From the NCBI GenBank assembly GCA_035945675.1, contig DASZAB010000050.1, forward strand, positions 5,312 to 69,311: a stretch of 64,000 bases of DNA. Reading direction: 5' to 3'. Position numbers and translations under genes: made by a program. The notes below the pieces were generated by a model. That model saw nothing but the letters and a program-made list of their open reading frames with translations, was not told where the DNA came from and searched no databases. Position 1 is the first letter of the stretch; the number at the start of each line of letters is the position of its first letter. The DNA is from Verrucomicrobiia bacterium. Its GTDB lineage: Bacteria; Verrucomicrobiota; Verrucomicrobiia; Limisphaerales; UBA11358. Shown here piece after piece: positions 33,084 through 45,500 of the stretch.

Positions 33084-33632
33084 ATGCGCAGACTGATTCA
33101 AATTCTGGGTTTTCTGGCCATCCTTGACCTGGCTGCGGCCCAACCCATCCGCACCGAATTGACCAACGCCGCCACTCCAGCCGAGGACGCCAAATCAAAC
33201 AGCGACCAGGTGCCGGACGTGTATGCGCTCACCGGCCAGTTCGACCACGTCCTCATTTTGCGGTTTAAAAACCAGGCCGATCTGCTGGCCGGTTTGGAAC
33301 GCATGGCCAAGAAGTGCAAAATCCGCAACGCCGTTATCCTGTCCGGCATCGGCTCGGTGAAAAGTTATCATTACCATACGGTGAGCAACGGCGTCTTTCC
33401 CTCGAAAAATATCTTTGTGAAGAATCCCGCCGGCCCGGCCGACATCATCGGCATGAGCGGTTACGTCATCGACGGCCGGGTCCATGCCCACATCACCTTC
33501 GCCGATCCCGACCAGGCATTCGGCGGGCATCTCGAAGCCGGAACGACTGTGTTCACCTTTGCCATCGTGACCGTGGGCGTATTCAAAGACGGCATGGATC
33601 TCAATCGGGTGGATGACAAGAACTATCGGTAG
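33084..33632 (+). CDS. secreted PPC/DUF296-domain protein
   Basis: 182 aa with a signal peptide (ILGFLAILDLAAAQ) and a PCC-like core SGIGSVKSYHYH...GMSGYVIDGRVHAHITFADPDQAFGGHLEAGTTVF. Confidence 0.65.
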   Translation: MRRLIQILGFLAILDLAAAQPIRTELTNAATPAEDAKSNSDQVPDVYALTGQFDHVLILRFKNQADLLAGLERMAKKCKIRNAVILSGIGSVKSYHYHTVSNGVFPSKNIFVKNPAGPADIIGMSGYVIDGRVHAHITFADPDQAFGGHLEAGTTVFTFAIVTVGVFKDGMDLNRVDDKNYR

Positions 33633-33697
33633 TCGCCCGCCAATAAGCACTTGACCAGCCACAGCCGTGCTATCTCATTTGAAATACTTCGCGACCC

Positions 33698-33799
33698 TCA
33701 TGGCACTCGACAAAACAGCCGCAACGCCAGCCCGGCGACGATGCATTCGTCGTCCGGATGCGGCGAGAAAATCATGGCCTCAGGCGGGTCTGCCGACAT
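33698..33799 (-). pseudogene. remnant of a PIG-L/LmbE-family deacetylase N-terminus
   Basis: My own minus-strand translation reads MSADPPEAMIFSPHPDDECIVAGLALRLFCRVP*. SPHPDDE is the family signature. Only about 30 codons survive. Confidence 0.35.
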
Positions 33800-34010
33800 C
33801 CCGGGCCGCTCGTGGATTTTCTGCGAACGGCCCAACGGCAGCTCTACCCCCGCGGCGCAGAAGCCGCACTGGTTCGGAAACAGATTTTTGGAAAGGATTC
33901 ACAAATTCAACCGGCATTGATTAAACTCAGTCAAATGTGGTTGAACCGAAAAGTTTTGGCGTCTGCACACGAGAGCACCTGTTTTATATGTTTTGCATCC
34001 TTCAATTGGG

Positions 34011-34084
34011 GATGGCAGCCGCGGACGTTAGTCCGCGCTGACTTAAGGCGATGGAGAATGGCGCCGACTGACGTCGGCGGCTAC
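34011..34084. repeat. REP-like element (GTAGC family)
   Basis: GCAGCCGCGGAC-gtta-GTCCGCGCTG ... GCGCCGAC-tgac-GTCGGCGGCTAC. Confidence 0.65.
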
Positions 34085-34148
34085 AGGGTTCCAAGCGAAA
34101 ATCGCAGCTTTTCCATCTGTGTTCATCCGGGTGAATCTGTGGTTAAGA

Positions 34149-36491
34149 TCACTTTTCTTTTACTGTTGTGCCGCCAAACAACAATCGCAAACTGTTCATC
34201 ACCACGACGACGGTGCTGCCTTCGTGGCCGACCACGCCGATGGGCAGCGGAATCTTTCCGAGCATAGCGAACGACACCAACACCACCACCGTGCCGAGCG
34301 AAATAAACAGATTCTGCCGGATGATGCGCCGCGCCCGCTGGCTCAGGCGAAATGCGGCCAGAAAATTTTCCAGCCGGTCGTTCATCAACACCACGTCTGC
34401 CTGTTCGAGCGCGGCATCGGCGCCGCGGGCGCCCATCGCCACGCCGATATGGGCGGCCGCCAAACTCGGCGCATCGTTCACGCCATCGCCGATCATCGCC
34501 ACGCGGCGGTTAGATTCGCTCAACGCGCGGACCGCCTCGACCTTTTGCTCCGGCTTCAACTCCGCCCGCACGTCGTCGAGATTCAATTTTGTGCGCAGAT
34601 GTTCCGCCGTCGCCTTGCGATCGCCGGTCAGCACCACCGTGCGCAAACCTTCGTCCCGCAATTCCTGAATGACGGCGGCCGATTCGGGGCGGATGTCGTC
34701 GCGCAAAATGACGCGGCCCAGCAAATCATGTTCTTCAATCCAGACTTCGGAAAACCCGGCATCCGTGGCCGGCGCACGGGCGATGGCATCCGCGTGACGG
34801 CCTTCCGCAATCCAATCGCGCCCGCCGAGCGAACAAACGCCACCGTTGCGATTCGCGCGCAGGCCCTGCCCCGTCACCGACTCAAAATGTTCGAATTCGA
34901 TTGGCTCCAGTTTCTGCTGCTTGCCGTAGCGCGTGATGGCCCGGGCAAGCGGATGCGTCGATAGCCGTTCCAGCGAGAATGCCAGCCGCGCGATTTCCGA
35001 TTCGCGGCCGGGCGGGAAACTTTCAATTGTTTCGACGCGCAATTCGCCGGTGGTGAGGGTTCCGGTCTTATCGAGCGCCACGGTGTTCGTCTCGGCCAGT
35101 TTTTCCACCGCCGCGCCGCCGCGAAACAGAATGCCATGCCGTGCGCCCCACGCGATGGCGGCCAGCACTGCCGACGGAATCGAAAGCACCAGCGCACACG
35201 GCGACGACACGACCAGCAGCGTCATGGTGCGGTAAAAGGCGCTGTGCTCTTCGGTCACGCCCGGGGCAACGGAAAACGGCGCCAGACGAAATCCCAGCCA
35301 CCAGACGAAAAACATCGCAAACGAAAGCCCGATGACGGCGTAAGTGTAGATCGAACTGAACTTGTCGGTGAACTGCTGCGCGGGCGCCTTCTGCTGCTGT
35401 GCGTCCTTGATGAGCGTAATGATTTTCTGCAATGCGCTCTCGGCGGCGGGTCGCGCGACGACCACTTCGACCGCGCCCCAGAGATTGATGGTACCCGCCA
35501 GCGCGGTGTCACCGACGGCTTTTTTCACCGGCGTGGCTTCGCCGGTCAGATTTGACTCGTCCGCGGCGGTGTTGCCTTTGGCGATTTCGCCGTCCACGGG
35601 AAATTGCGCGCCCGGCTTGATCAGCAGGCGCATGCCCTTTTGGAGCAGCTCGACCTTGACCTCGCGTTCCTTGCCGTGGGCGTCCATCACCGTGGCGACT
35701 TTGGGCGCGTCGCGAAAGAGCGAGCGGATTTCCTTTTGCGTGCGGCCCAGCGCGTAATGTTCGAGCGCGCCGGACAGTGAGAACAGGAACAGCAAGGTGG
35801 CGCCTTCCGCCCAGGCGCCAATGGAAGCGGCGCCGATGGCCACGAAGAGCATCAGAAAATGCACGTCAATCGTGCGCTTCCGCAGCCGTTCCCAGACTTC
35901 CACCGCGGGATAAAAACCGCCGGCCAGATAGGCCACGATGAAACCGAGCACCGACAGGGTGGGCTGGCCAAACCGGCCGAGGAAAAAGCCGGCCAATCCG
36001 AAAACACCGCACAAAATCGCGGCGGCGAGTTGGGTCTTCCATTCGTCAATCTCCCCGACATGTTCGAGAAACTCGACGTCGCGCGGCACGAGTTTCGGAA
36101 ACGGCATGTCGCGCCAGCGCCAGAAGGTCGGCGCGGTCGGGCACGTGACGCGCGCAATGGTGGTCGTGGGACCGTCGTTGTGGATCGTGATTCGCTTGCG
36201 CTCGTCCTCGGACAAGGGCGTGTCGCACGAAAAGCAGTCGCCCTCGCCGCTCAGCAAGGAACAGGTGTGACCGGCATCGGCGGCGTGGGCCGCTTGAAAC
36301 TGGCTGGTGATGCGCTCCGTCAATTTGACCACGTCGGCGCGGCCCAGCGTGGCCACGGAAATTTTCCGCCGGGCGCGGTCAATGGTCACCGCTTCCAGCG
36401 TCGGCTCCTCGGCCAGCGTATCCACCACCGAGCGCGCGAGGCAGGCATTGGCCTCGGGCGGTTCGACGCGATGGGCGGACGACGGATTCAT
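34149..36491 (-). CDS. heavy-metal P1B-type ATPase (SPC / HEGST type, Co/Zn/Cd-like)
   Basis: 780 aa: TM motif SSPCALV, DKTGTLT, GDGVNDAP and HEGSTVVVVMNSLRLL. The N-terminus has a Cys-rich stretch (CSLLSGEGDCFSCD) instead of a classical HMA fold. Confidence 0.85.
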   Translation of the reverse strand: MNPSSAHRVEPPEANACLARSVVDTLAEEPTLEAVTIDRARRKISVATLGRADVVKLTERITSQFQAAHAADAGHTCSLLSGEGDCFSCDTPLSEDERKRITIHNDGPTTTIARVTCPTAPTFWRWRDMPFPKLVPRDVEFLEHVGEIDEWKTQLAAAILCGVFGLAGFFLGRFGQPTLSVLGFIVAYLAGGFYPAVEVWERLRKRTIDVHFLMLFVAIGAASIGAWAEGATLLFLFSLSGALEHYALGRTQKEIRSLFRDAPKVATVMDAHGKEREVKVELLQKGMRLLIKPGAQFPVDGEIAKGNTAADESNLTGEATPVKKAVGDTALAGTINLWGAVEVVVARPAAESALQKIITLIKDAQQQKAPAQQFTDKFSSIYTYAVIGLSFAMFFVWWLGFRLAPFSVAPGVTEEHSAFYRTMTLLVVSSPCALVLSIPSAVLAAIAWGARHGILFRGGAAVEKLAETNTVALDKTGTLTTGELRVETIESFPPGRESEIARLAFSLERLSTHPLARAITRYGKQQKLEPIEFEHFESVTGQGLRANRNGGVCSLGGRDWIAEGRHADAIARAPATDAGFSEVWIEEHDLLGRVILRDDIRPESAAVIQELRDEGLRTVVLTGDRKATAEHLRTKLNLDDVRAELKPEQKVEAVRALSESNRRVAMIGDGVNDAPSLAAAHIGVAMGARGADAALEQADVVLMNDRLENFLAAFRLSQRARRIIRQNLFISLGTVVVLVSFAMLGKIPLPIGVVGHEGSTVVVVMNSLRLLFGGTTVKEK

Positions 36492-36765
36492 TCAATTCAC
36501 CTTTAGCATATCCCCAAGCCTGGCGCGACGCAAAAGTGTCCTGTAACGGCATCCCGGTAGAGCGCCGCAAACTTCAGAAAATTGAACAAAGGGACATGAT
36601 CTTCACGCGGCAAGCCTGACCGGTCCCGGTTTACAAAAGCAGGACGGTCATTGTTTTCCAACGTCAGCCTCTTGAAATTTTTTCAATTTGGACTGTTCAT
36701 GCCGTGCCGGGTCTGGCAATTTAGCCGGACATCTTTTGCAGAAAATGCACGGACAGGAAAAGCGC

Positions 36766-38568
36766 ATGGACAAAGCAAACACGAAGAATCAAAAGCTGAT
36801 TGCATGGGTGAACGAAATGGCAGAACTCTGCCAGCCCAAGGATATTCATTGGTGTGACGGATCGGCGGCCGAAGACCAGAAGTTGTGCGAATTGATGGTG
36901 AAGAGCGGCACGTTCACCCGGCTGAACGAAAACAAGCGTCCCGGCTCCTATCTGGCGCGGTCGCATCCCAGCGACGTGGCGCGCGTGGAAGACCGGACGT
37001 TCATCTGCTCCCGGACGAAGGAGGAAGCCGGGCCGACGAATCATTGGGCCGACCCCGTCGAGATGAAGCAAAAGCTCCTCGGCTTGTTCAAGGGCAGCAT
37101 GAAAGGCCGGACGATGTATGTGATTCCGTTCGCGATGGGTCCGCTCGGTTCGCCCATATGCAAAATCGGCATTGAAATCAGCGATTCACCCTACGTGGTG
37201 ACCAACATGCGCATCATGACGCGCATGGGCCAGGCCGTGCTGGACAAGCTGGGTGCCAACGGCACGTTCATTCCCTGCCTGCACTCGGTCGGTGCGCCGC
37301 TGGCGCCCGGTCAAAAGGACGTTTCCTGGCCGTGCGAAGGCGATCCGAAAAACAAGTATATTGTCCACTTCCCGGAGGAACCCTCGATCTGGTCGTACGG
37401 TTCCGGTTACGGCGGCAACGCGTTGTTGGGCAAGAAATGCCTCGCCCTGCGCATCGCCTCCACCGTGGCGAAGAAGGAAGGCTGGATGGCCGAGCACATG
37501 CTCATCCTGTGCCTGACTTCGCCGCAGCACAAAAAATATTATATCGCCGCGGCCTTTCCGAGCGCCTGCGGAAAGACGAACCTGGCCATGATGCAGCCGA
37601 CGGTGCCGGGCTGGAAGGTTACCACCCTGGGCGACGACATCGCCTGGATTCGCATCGGCAGGGACGGGCGGCTTTACGCGGTGAATCCGGAGACGGGCTT
37701 TTTCGGCGTCGCGCCGGGCACTTCCGCAAAATCGAATCCCAACGCGCTGGCGGCTTGCGCCAGGAACACCATTTTCACCAACGTCGTGCTGACACCGGAC
37801 AACGATGTCTGGTGGGAAGACATGGGCGTGCCCGCGCCGGCCAAGGGCATTGACTGGCAGGGCAACGAATGGACGCCCGGCAATGGCAAGAAGGGCGCGC
37901 ACCCGAACTCACGCTTTACCGCACCGGCAACCCAATGCCCGGTCATTGATCCCGACTGGCAGAATCCCGAAGGTGTGCCGCTCTCGGCGATTCTTTTCGG
38001 CGGACGCCGGCCTCACACCATTCCGTTGGTAAACGAGGCATTCGATTGGGAGCATGGCGTATTCATGGGTTCCGCCTGCGGTTCGGAAACCACGGCCGCC
38101 GCGCTCGGCCAGGCCGGGGTGCTCCGCCGCGACCCGTTCGCCATGCTGCCCTTCTGCGGCTACAACATGGCTGATTATTTCGCACACTGGCTTTCCTTTG
38201 CCCAACGCACCGACCGCGCCAAACTGCCCAAGGTTTACTTTGTGAACTGGTTTCGCAAGGACGCGACCGGCAAATGGCTCTGGCCCGGTTACGGCGAAAA
38301 CAGCCGCGTGCTCAAGTGGATTTGCGAAAGGGTCGAAGGCACCGGCAAGGCGCAGAAGACGCCGATCGGGAACCTGCCGGCGCCGGACGCAATCGACGTG
38401 GCCGGCCTGAATCTGCCCGCCAACGACATGCAACAACTGCTGGCCGTGGACGTGGCGGGTTGGAAAAAAGAGGTGGAAGCCGTGGCGGTGGATTACGCGA
38501 AATTTGACGGCAAATTGCCGTCGGCCTTGCGCGAACAACTTGAGGGATTGCGAAAGCGACTGGGTTGA
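36766..38568 (+). CDS. pckG: phosphoenolpyruvate carboxykinase (GTP)
   Basis: ORF 36688-38568 with likely start at 36766 ([17 protein letters not shown]). FPSACGKTN kinase-1a loop and GDDIAW are present. Confidence 0.9.
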   Translation: MDKANTKNQKLIAWVNEMAELCQPKDIHWCDGSAAEDQKLCELMVKSGTFTRLNENKRPGSYLARSHPSDVARVEDRTFICSRTKEEAGPTNHWADPVEMKQKLLGLFKGSMKGRTMYVIPFAMGPLGSPICKIGIEISDSPYVVTNMRIMTRMGQAVLDKLGANGTFIPCLHSVGAPLAPGQKDVSWPCEGDPKNKYIVHFPEEPSIWSYGSGYGGNALLGKKCLALRIASTVAKKEGWMAEHMLILCLTSPQHKKYYIAAAFPSACGKTNLAMMQPTVPGWKVTTLGDDIAWIRIGRDGRLYAVNPETGFFGVAPGTSAKSNPNALAACARNTIFTNVVLTPDNDVWWEDMGVPAPAKGIDWQGNEWTPGNGKKGAHPNSRFTAPATQCPVIDPDWQNPEGVPLSAILFGGRRPHTIPLVNEAFDWEHGVFMGSACGSETTAAALGQAGVLRRDPFAMLPFCGYNMADYFAHWLSFAQRTDRAKLPKVYFVNWFRKDATGKWLWPGYGENSRVLKWICERVEGTGKAQKTPIGNLPAPDAIDVAGLNLPANDMQQLLAVDVAGWKKEVEAVAVDYAKFDGKLPSALREQLEGLRKRLG

Positions 38569-38776
38569 CCGCACACCACTTTTTACCACCGAACATATCA
38601 GGCAGGGTTTGATCACAGGCGGCTTGCCGGTGGAAAATTCGGTTGAAGAGGCGATTTAACCATCAAGGCGACAATAAGTTGCCCGGTCCCGGTCCAGGCC
38701 GATTCCTGATCAGATTCAGCGGGCGGGAGCTTCTCCCATCGCCTTTTTTGGCATTTCAATTGCAGCGGAACGAGGC

Positions 38777-41623
<2,847 letters not shown>

Positions 41624-41671
41624 TTTGCCGACCAGGCATTTGATCGGATTTGCCGGCCGGCACCCTGCCCA

Positions 41672-42214
41672 TCAGTGAACTTTGCCATTCCGATGCCCGT
41701 TTCTGCGTCCGAGTCGTTTGGGATGTTCATCCAGATTTCGCGACAGATACACGTGCCGGGTTTCCTGGCCGAAGCCGGTCTGACGCAGGAACGCCAGGGC
41801 ATCGGCATTTTCCTCGTCGGTGTCCACCAGCATGATGCGCGCTTCGCGATCAATGAAGAGTTGCGTTAATTGGTTCAGCAACCGCCGGGCGATGCCATGC
41901 CGTTTGTAACGGGGCGCCACCCCGAGCCATTCCAGCCAGCCATATCGCCAGGCGCTGCGCGGTTTATCCATCATGCAGCCCAACGCAAACCCGATGATCT
42001 TCTCATCGTCCTCGGCCACCAGACAGGTTTCCTCGTCCGAACGAAATAATTCCAGAATCTCGTATTCGTCCCAACTGCGATACAACGTCGGCAGGTCTTC
42101 AGCCGTAAAAAGCCTTTGTCCCAGTCGAAATACCGCAGGCAGGTCCTTCAGTTGCATCTGCCTCAATACAATATTGCCATTTGGGGCCTTGCTTGGCCCC
42201 CGATTACGTTTCAT
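41672..42214 (-). CDS. GNAT-family N-acetyltransferase
   Basis: 180 aa with acetyl-CoA motif LGVAPRYKRHGIARRLL. Confidence 0.75.
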   Translation of the reverse strand: MKRNRGPSKAPNGNIVLRQMQLKDLPAVFRLGQRLFTAEDLPTLYRSWDEYEILELFRSDEETCLVAEDDEKIIGFALGCMMDKPRSAWRYGWLEWLGVAPRYKRHGIARRLLNQLTQLFIDREARIMLVDTDEENADALAFLRQTGFGQETRHVYLSRNLDEHPKRLGRRNGHRNGKVH

Positions 42215-42395
42215 ACCGGCTGAATTTTACGGGGAGGGCTTATGCGGAAACAGGGAAAAAGGAAAAAAGTTTCATAAGAACTTAATAATCAACACAATAA
42301 TATACTGTTGATAGTAGAATGCCGAGTTTTGGCAAAATCGGTAAAAGGCAGCCGCAAAAGCTCCGAACGACACATTAAACAGCCGGTTTTGACCT

Positions 42396-45206
42396 TCAAC
42401 GCAGCAACGTTTTGACCATGGCCAGCGCCTCGTCCAGTTTGCCGGCATCTTTGCCGCCACCGCGCGCGTTGTCCGGTTTGCCGCCGCCCTTGCCTCCCAC
42501 GATCGGCGCGATCTGCTGAATGATTTTGCCGGCCTGCACCTTCCAAACGAAATCAGGTGTGACCGCCGCGACCAGCGCCACGCTTCCAGCATGCGAACCG
42601 CCACCCAGAACAATAACTCCCTTGAAGCGCTCCTTCAATGAATCGGCGACAGCCTGGAGGAAGTCGCCGTCCACCGCGCCCAGGTTGTGGAGGATGACTG
42701 GTATTTCGTTTATTTTGTGAATCTCCTCCAGTAAACGGCTGGCGGCATTTGAAGCTTCGCGCTGTTGCGACGACTTGAGTTGCTTTTCAACTATTTTTTG
42801 GTGTTCGAGCAGCGCCTCGATTTTCTTCTCCAACTCGTGTACGGGCGAATTCACCTTGTCGGAGAGTGATTGGATCAGCGTGACTTCGTCGGCGGCCCGG
42901 CGATAAGCCTCCAGTCCGGCCACCGCTTCAATACGCCGTACCCCGGCGGCAATCGCGCCCTCACCGATGATGCGGAACAAACCAATCTCGCCCGTGGCCC
43001 GCGTATGGGTGCCGCCGCACAGTTCCATCGAATAACCGTCCAGCTTTTTAGGCCGCCCGCCGATTTGCACCACGCGGACAACGTCGCCGTATTTGTCGCC
43101 AAAGAATTGCATCACGTCCTTGCGCGACCTCACGTCGGCGTAAGGAACTTCCGCCCACGTCACGCCGGCGTTTTCCAGGATGCGTTCGTTCACGAGTTTT
43201 TCGATGTCCGCCGCCTGCTGCGGCGAGAGCGGCCCGCTGTTGAAATCGAAGGTCAGCTTGTCCGGTCCGACGAACGAGCCTTTCTGCGAAGCGTCGCCGC
43301 TCACGACCTCGTGCAACGCCCAGTGCAGCAGATGCGTGACGGTGTGGTGGCGCTCGATGGCATTCCGACGGTTCTTGTCCACCGCGAGCGTGACGCTGGA
43401 ACCGGCCGCCGGCAGGTCATCGCCTTCAATAAAGTGCATCCACGTGTTGCCGGATTTCTGCGTGTTCGTGATCCGCCAGAGCCTGCCGCCGCCGGCCAGT
43501 TCGCCGGTGTCGCCGACCTGGCCGCCCATTTCGGCGTAGCAAGCGCTGGCGTCGAGAACGATGGCGGTCTTGTTTTTCAGCGACACCACCTCCAAAACTC
43601 TGGCCTCCACGGCCAGCTGATCATAGCCGACAAATTTTGTCGGCGTGGTCGTCTCCACTTGCGAAAGCGAAATGACCTCTTTCTTTTGCGCGGCCCGGGC
43701 GCGGGTGCGCTGCTCCTCCATCAACTGTTCAAACACGTCCCGGTCCACCGTCATGCCGCGTTCGCGGGCCATCAATTCGGTGAGATCCAACGGGAATCCG
43801 TAGGTATCGTAGAGTTTGAAGGCAAATTCGCCCGGAATCACCTTGCTGCCAAAATCGGTGATCTCGACAATCGGACCGCCCTTGGGCACGGGAAACTCGA
43901 CGAGGTTCGTGGAAACCCGGCGGGCCTCTTCGGCAAAGAGTTCAATCCCCCGATCCAGCGTTTTATTGAACATCTCCTCTTCCCCGCGAATGACTTCCTG
44001 AACATGCTTTCTACGGGCGCGGATTTCGGGAAATACATCACCCATCGTGTCGGCCAGCACGGTCACGAGTTTGTAGAAGAACGGCCCCTTGAAACCGAGC
44101 GACCGGCCGTAGCGCACGGCGCGCCGCAGGACGCGGCGCAGAACATAGCCACGCCCCTCATTGCCGGGCTGAATGCCGTCGGCAATCGCAAACCCCAGCG
44201 TGCGGATATGATCAGCAATGACGCGGAAAGCAACGTCGGTTGACTGTTGGGGACTGAGGGTGGAGAGATCCAGGGGCGGAAGGGTGCTGCCGTATTTTTT
44301 CCCGCTCAATTTTTCCAGCGCGTCGAAAATCGGACGGAAGATGTCGGTCTCGTAATTGGAAATTTTCGCGCTGGCGAAATCCTTGAAATTCTTCGTGCCC
44401 TGGATGATGGAGGTAACGCGCTCGAAACCCATGCCGGTGTCCACGTGCCGGGCCGGCAGCGGGCTGAAGGTGCCGTCGGGGTTGGCATTGAACTGGATGA
44501 AAACGAGGTTCCAGATTTCAATGCACCGGGCGTCGCCTTTGTTCACCAGACTGCCGTTGGTGTTGCCGCCGGGCGTGAGGTCCACGTGCAATTCGGAGCA
44601 CGGGCCGCACGGACCGGTGTCGCCCATCATCCAGAAATTGTCCTGCTTGCCGCCATAGACAATGTGGACGGCTGGATCGAGTCCGGCGGCGCGGAATTTT
44701 TCAGCCCAACAGTTCCAGGCCTCTTCGTCGCGTTCGGAAGGATCGCCCAGCGACTTGTCCGGGTTGTAAATCGTCGCGTAAAGGCGTTCCGGCGGGAATT
44801 TCCAGACTTCGGTGACCAGTTCCCACGCCCAGCCAATCGCCTCCTTTTTGAAGTAGCCTGCCCCGACGCCGTCTTTTGAGCCGGGGTCGCCGAAGCTCCA
44901 GTTGCCGAGCATCTCGAAGAAGGTGTGGTGATAGGTGTCGAGGCCGACGTCTTCAAGGTCGTTGTGTTTGCCGCCGGCGCGGATGCATTTCTGGGTGTCG
45001 GCCGCCCGGCCGGGCCGGTAGGGGCATTGCGTCCGCCCCAGGAAAATGGGCACGAACTGGTTCCTGCCGGCGGTCGTGAACAGGAGGTTTGGTGAATCGG
45101 GCAACAGACTCGAAGACGGCACAATGGTGTGCTGCTTCGACTTGAAGAAGTCGAGGAAGTCTTGGCGGATCCGGCTGCTGGGACGAATCTGGGTGGACAT
45201 CGTCAT
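42396..45206 (-). CDS. alaS: alanine--tRNA ligase
   Basis: 936 aa: RAGGKHNDLEDVG, HHTFFEMLGNWSFGD, editing-domain HHTVTHLL and CGGTH, and a C-terminal DHHA1-like domain. Confidence 0.9.
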   Translation of the reverse strand: MTMSTQIRPSSRIRQDFLDFFKSKQHTIVPSSSLLPDSPNLLFTTAGRNQFVPIFLGRTQCPYRPGRAADTQKCIRAGGKHNDLEDVGLDTYHHTFFEMLGNWSFGDPGSKDGVGAGYFKKEAIGWAWELVTEVWKFPPERLYATIYNPDKSLGDPSERDEEAWNCWAEKFRAAGLDPAVHIVYGGKQDNFWMMGDTGPCGPCSELHVDLTPGGNTNGSLVNKGDARCIEIWNLVFIQFNANPDGTFSPLPARHVDTGMGFERVTSIIQGTKNFKDFASAKISNYETDIFRPIFDALEKLSGKKYGSTLPPLDLSTLSPQQSTDVAFRVIADHIRTLGFAIADGIQPGNEGRGYVLRRVLRRAVRYGRSLGFKGPFFYKLVTVLADTMGDVFPEIRARRKHVQEVIRGEEEMFNKTLDRGIELFAEEARRVSTNLVEFPVPKGGPIVEITDFGSKVIPGEFAFKLYDTYGFPLDLTELMARERGMTVDRDVFEQLMEEQRTRARAAQKKEVISLSQVETTTPTKFVGYDQLAVEARVLEVVSLKNKTAIVLDASACYAEMGGQVGDTGELAGGGRLWRITNTQKSGNTWMHFIEGDDLPAAGSSVTLAVDKNRRNAIERHHTVTHLLHWALHEVVSGDASQKGSFVGPDKLTFDFNSGPLSPQQAADIEKLVNERILENAGVTWAEVPYADVRSRKDVMQFFGDKYGDVVRVVQIGGRPKKLDGYSMELCGGTHTRATGEIGLFRIIGEGAIAAGVRRIEAVAGLEAYRRAADEVTLIQSLSDKVNSPVHELEKKIEALLEHQKIVEKQLKSSQQREASNAASRLLEEIHKINEIPVILHNLGAVDGDFLQAVADSLKERFKGVIVLGGGSHAGSVALVAAVTPDFVWKVQAGKIIQQIAPIVGGKGGGKPDNARGGGKDAGKLDEALAMVKTLLR

Positions 45207-45500
45207 GGCAAATAATCAGGCGAGAGATTAGGCCAATCGTCGAAGCAAGGCGAGCTGGAAGTTTGCTCGGCCAGGAAGAAATATTGGACGAGGGCTGTCA
45301 CCGGGCTTGTCTGCTTTTTCCTGGCAGAGAAGCAGTTGTGAACAAAAAAGATATGGGATGACGTGCCTGATTTGCGGAAAACGGCAGAAATCCTGCTGTC
45401 TTGGGTGAAACTGAAAATATCAGCGCAGGAGAGTGTTCGAACCTGGCGCGACAAAAATGAATTTCATTATGGCAAATGAGTATTTAACGGCACCCAAAAC

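Noticed and set aside
44990-45130. AlaRS motif LLFTTAGRNQF where most bacteria have LLFTNAGMNQF.
   Set aside because: All other catalytic and editing motifs are intact. I cannot judge the functional weight of these two substitutions from memory, and it is likely lineage variation.
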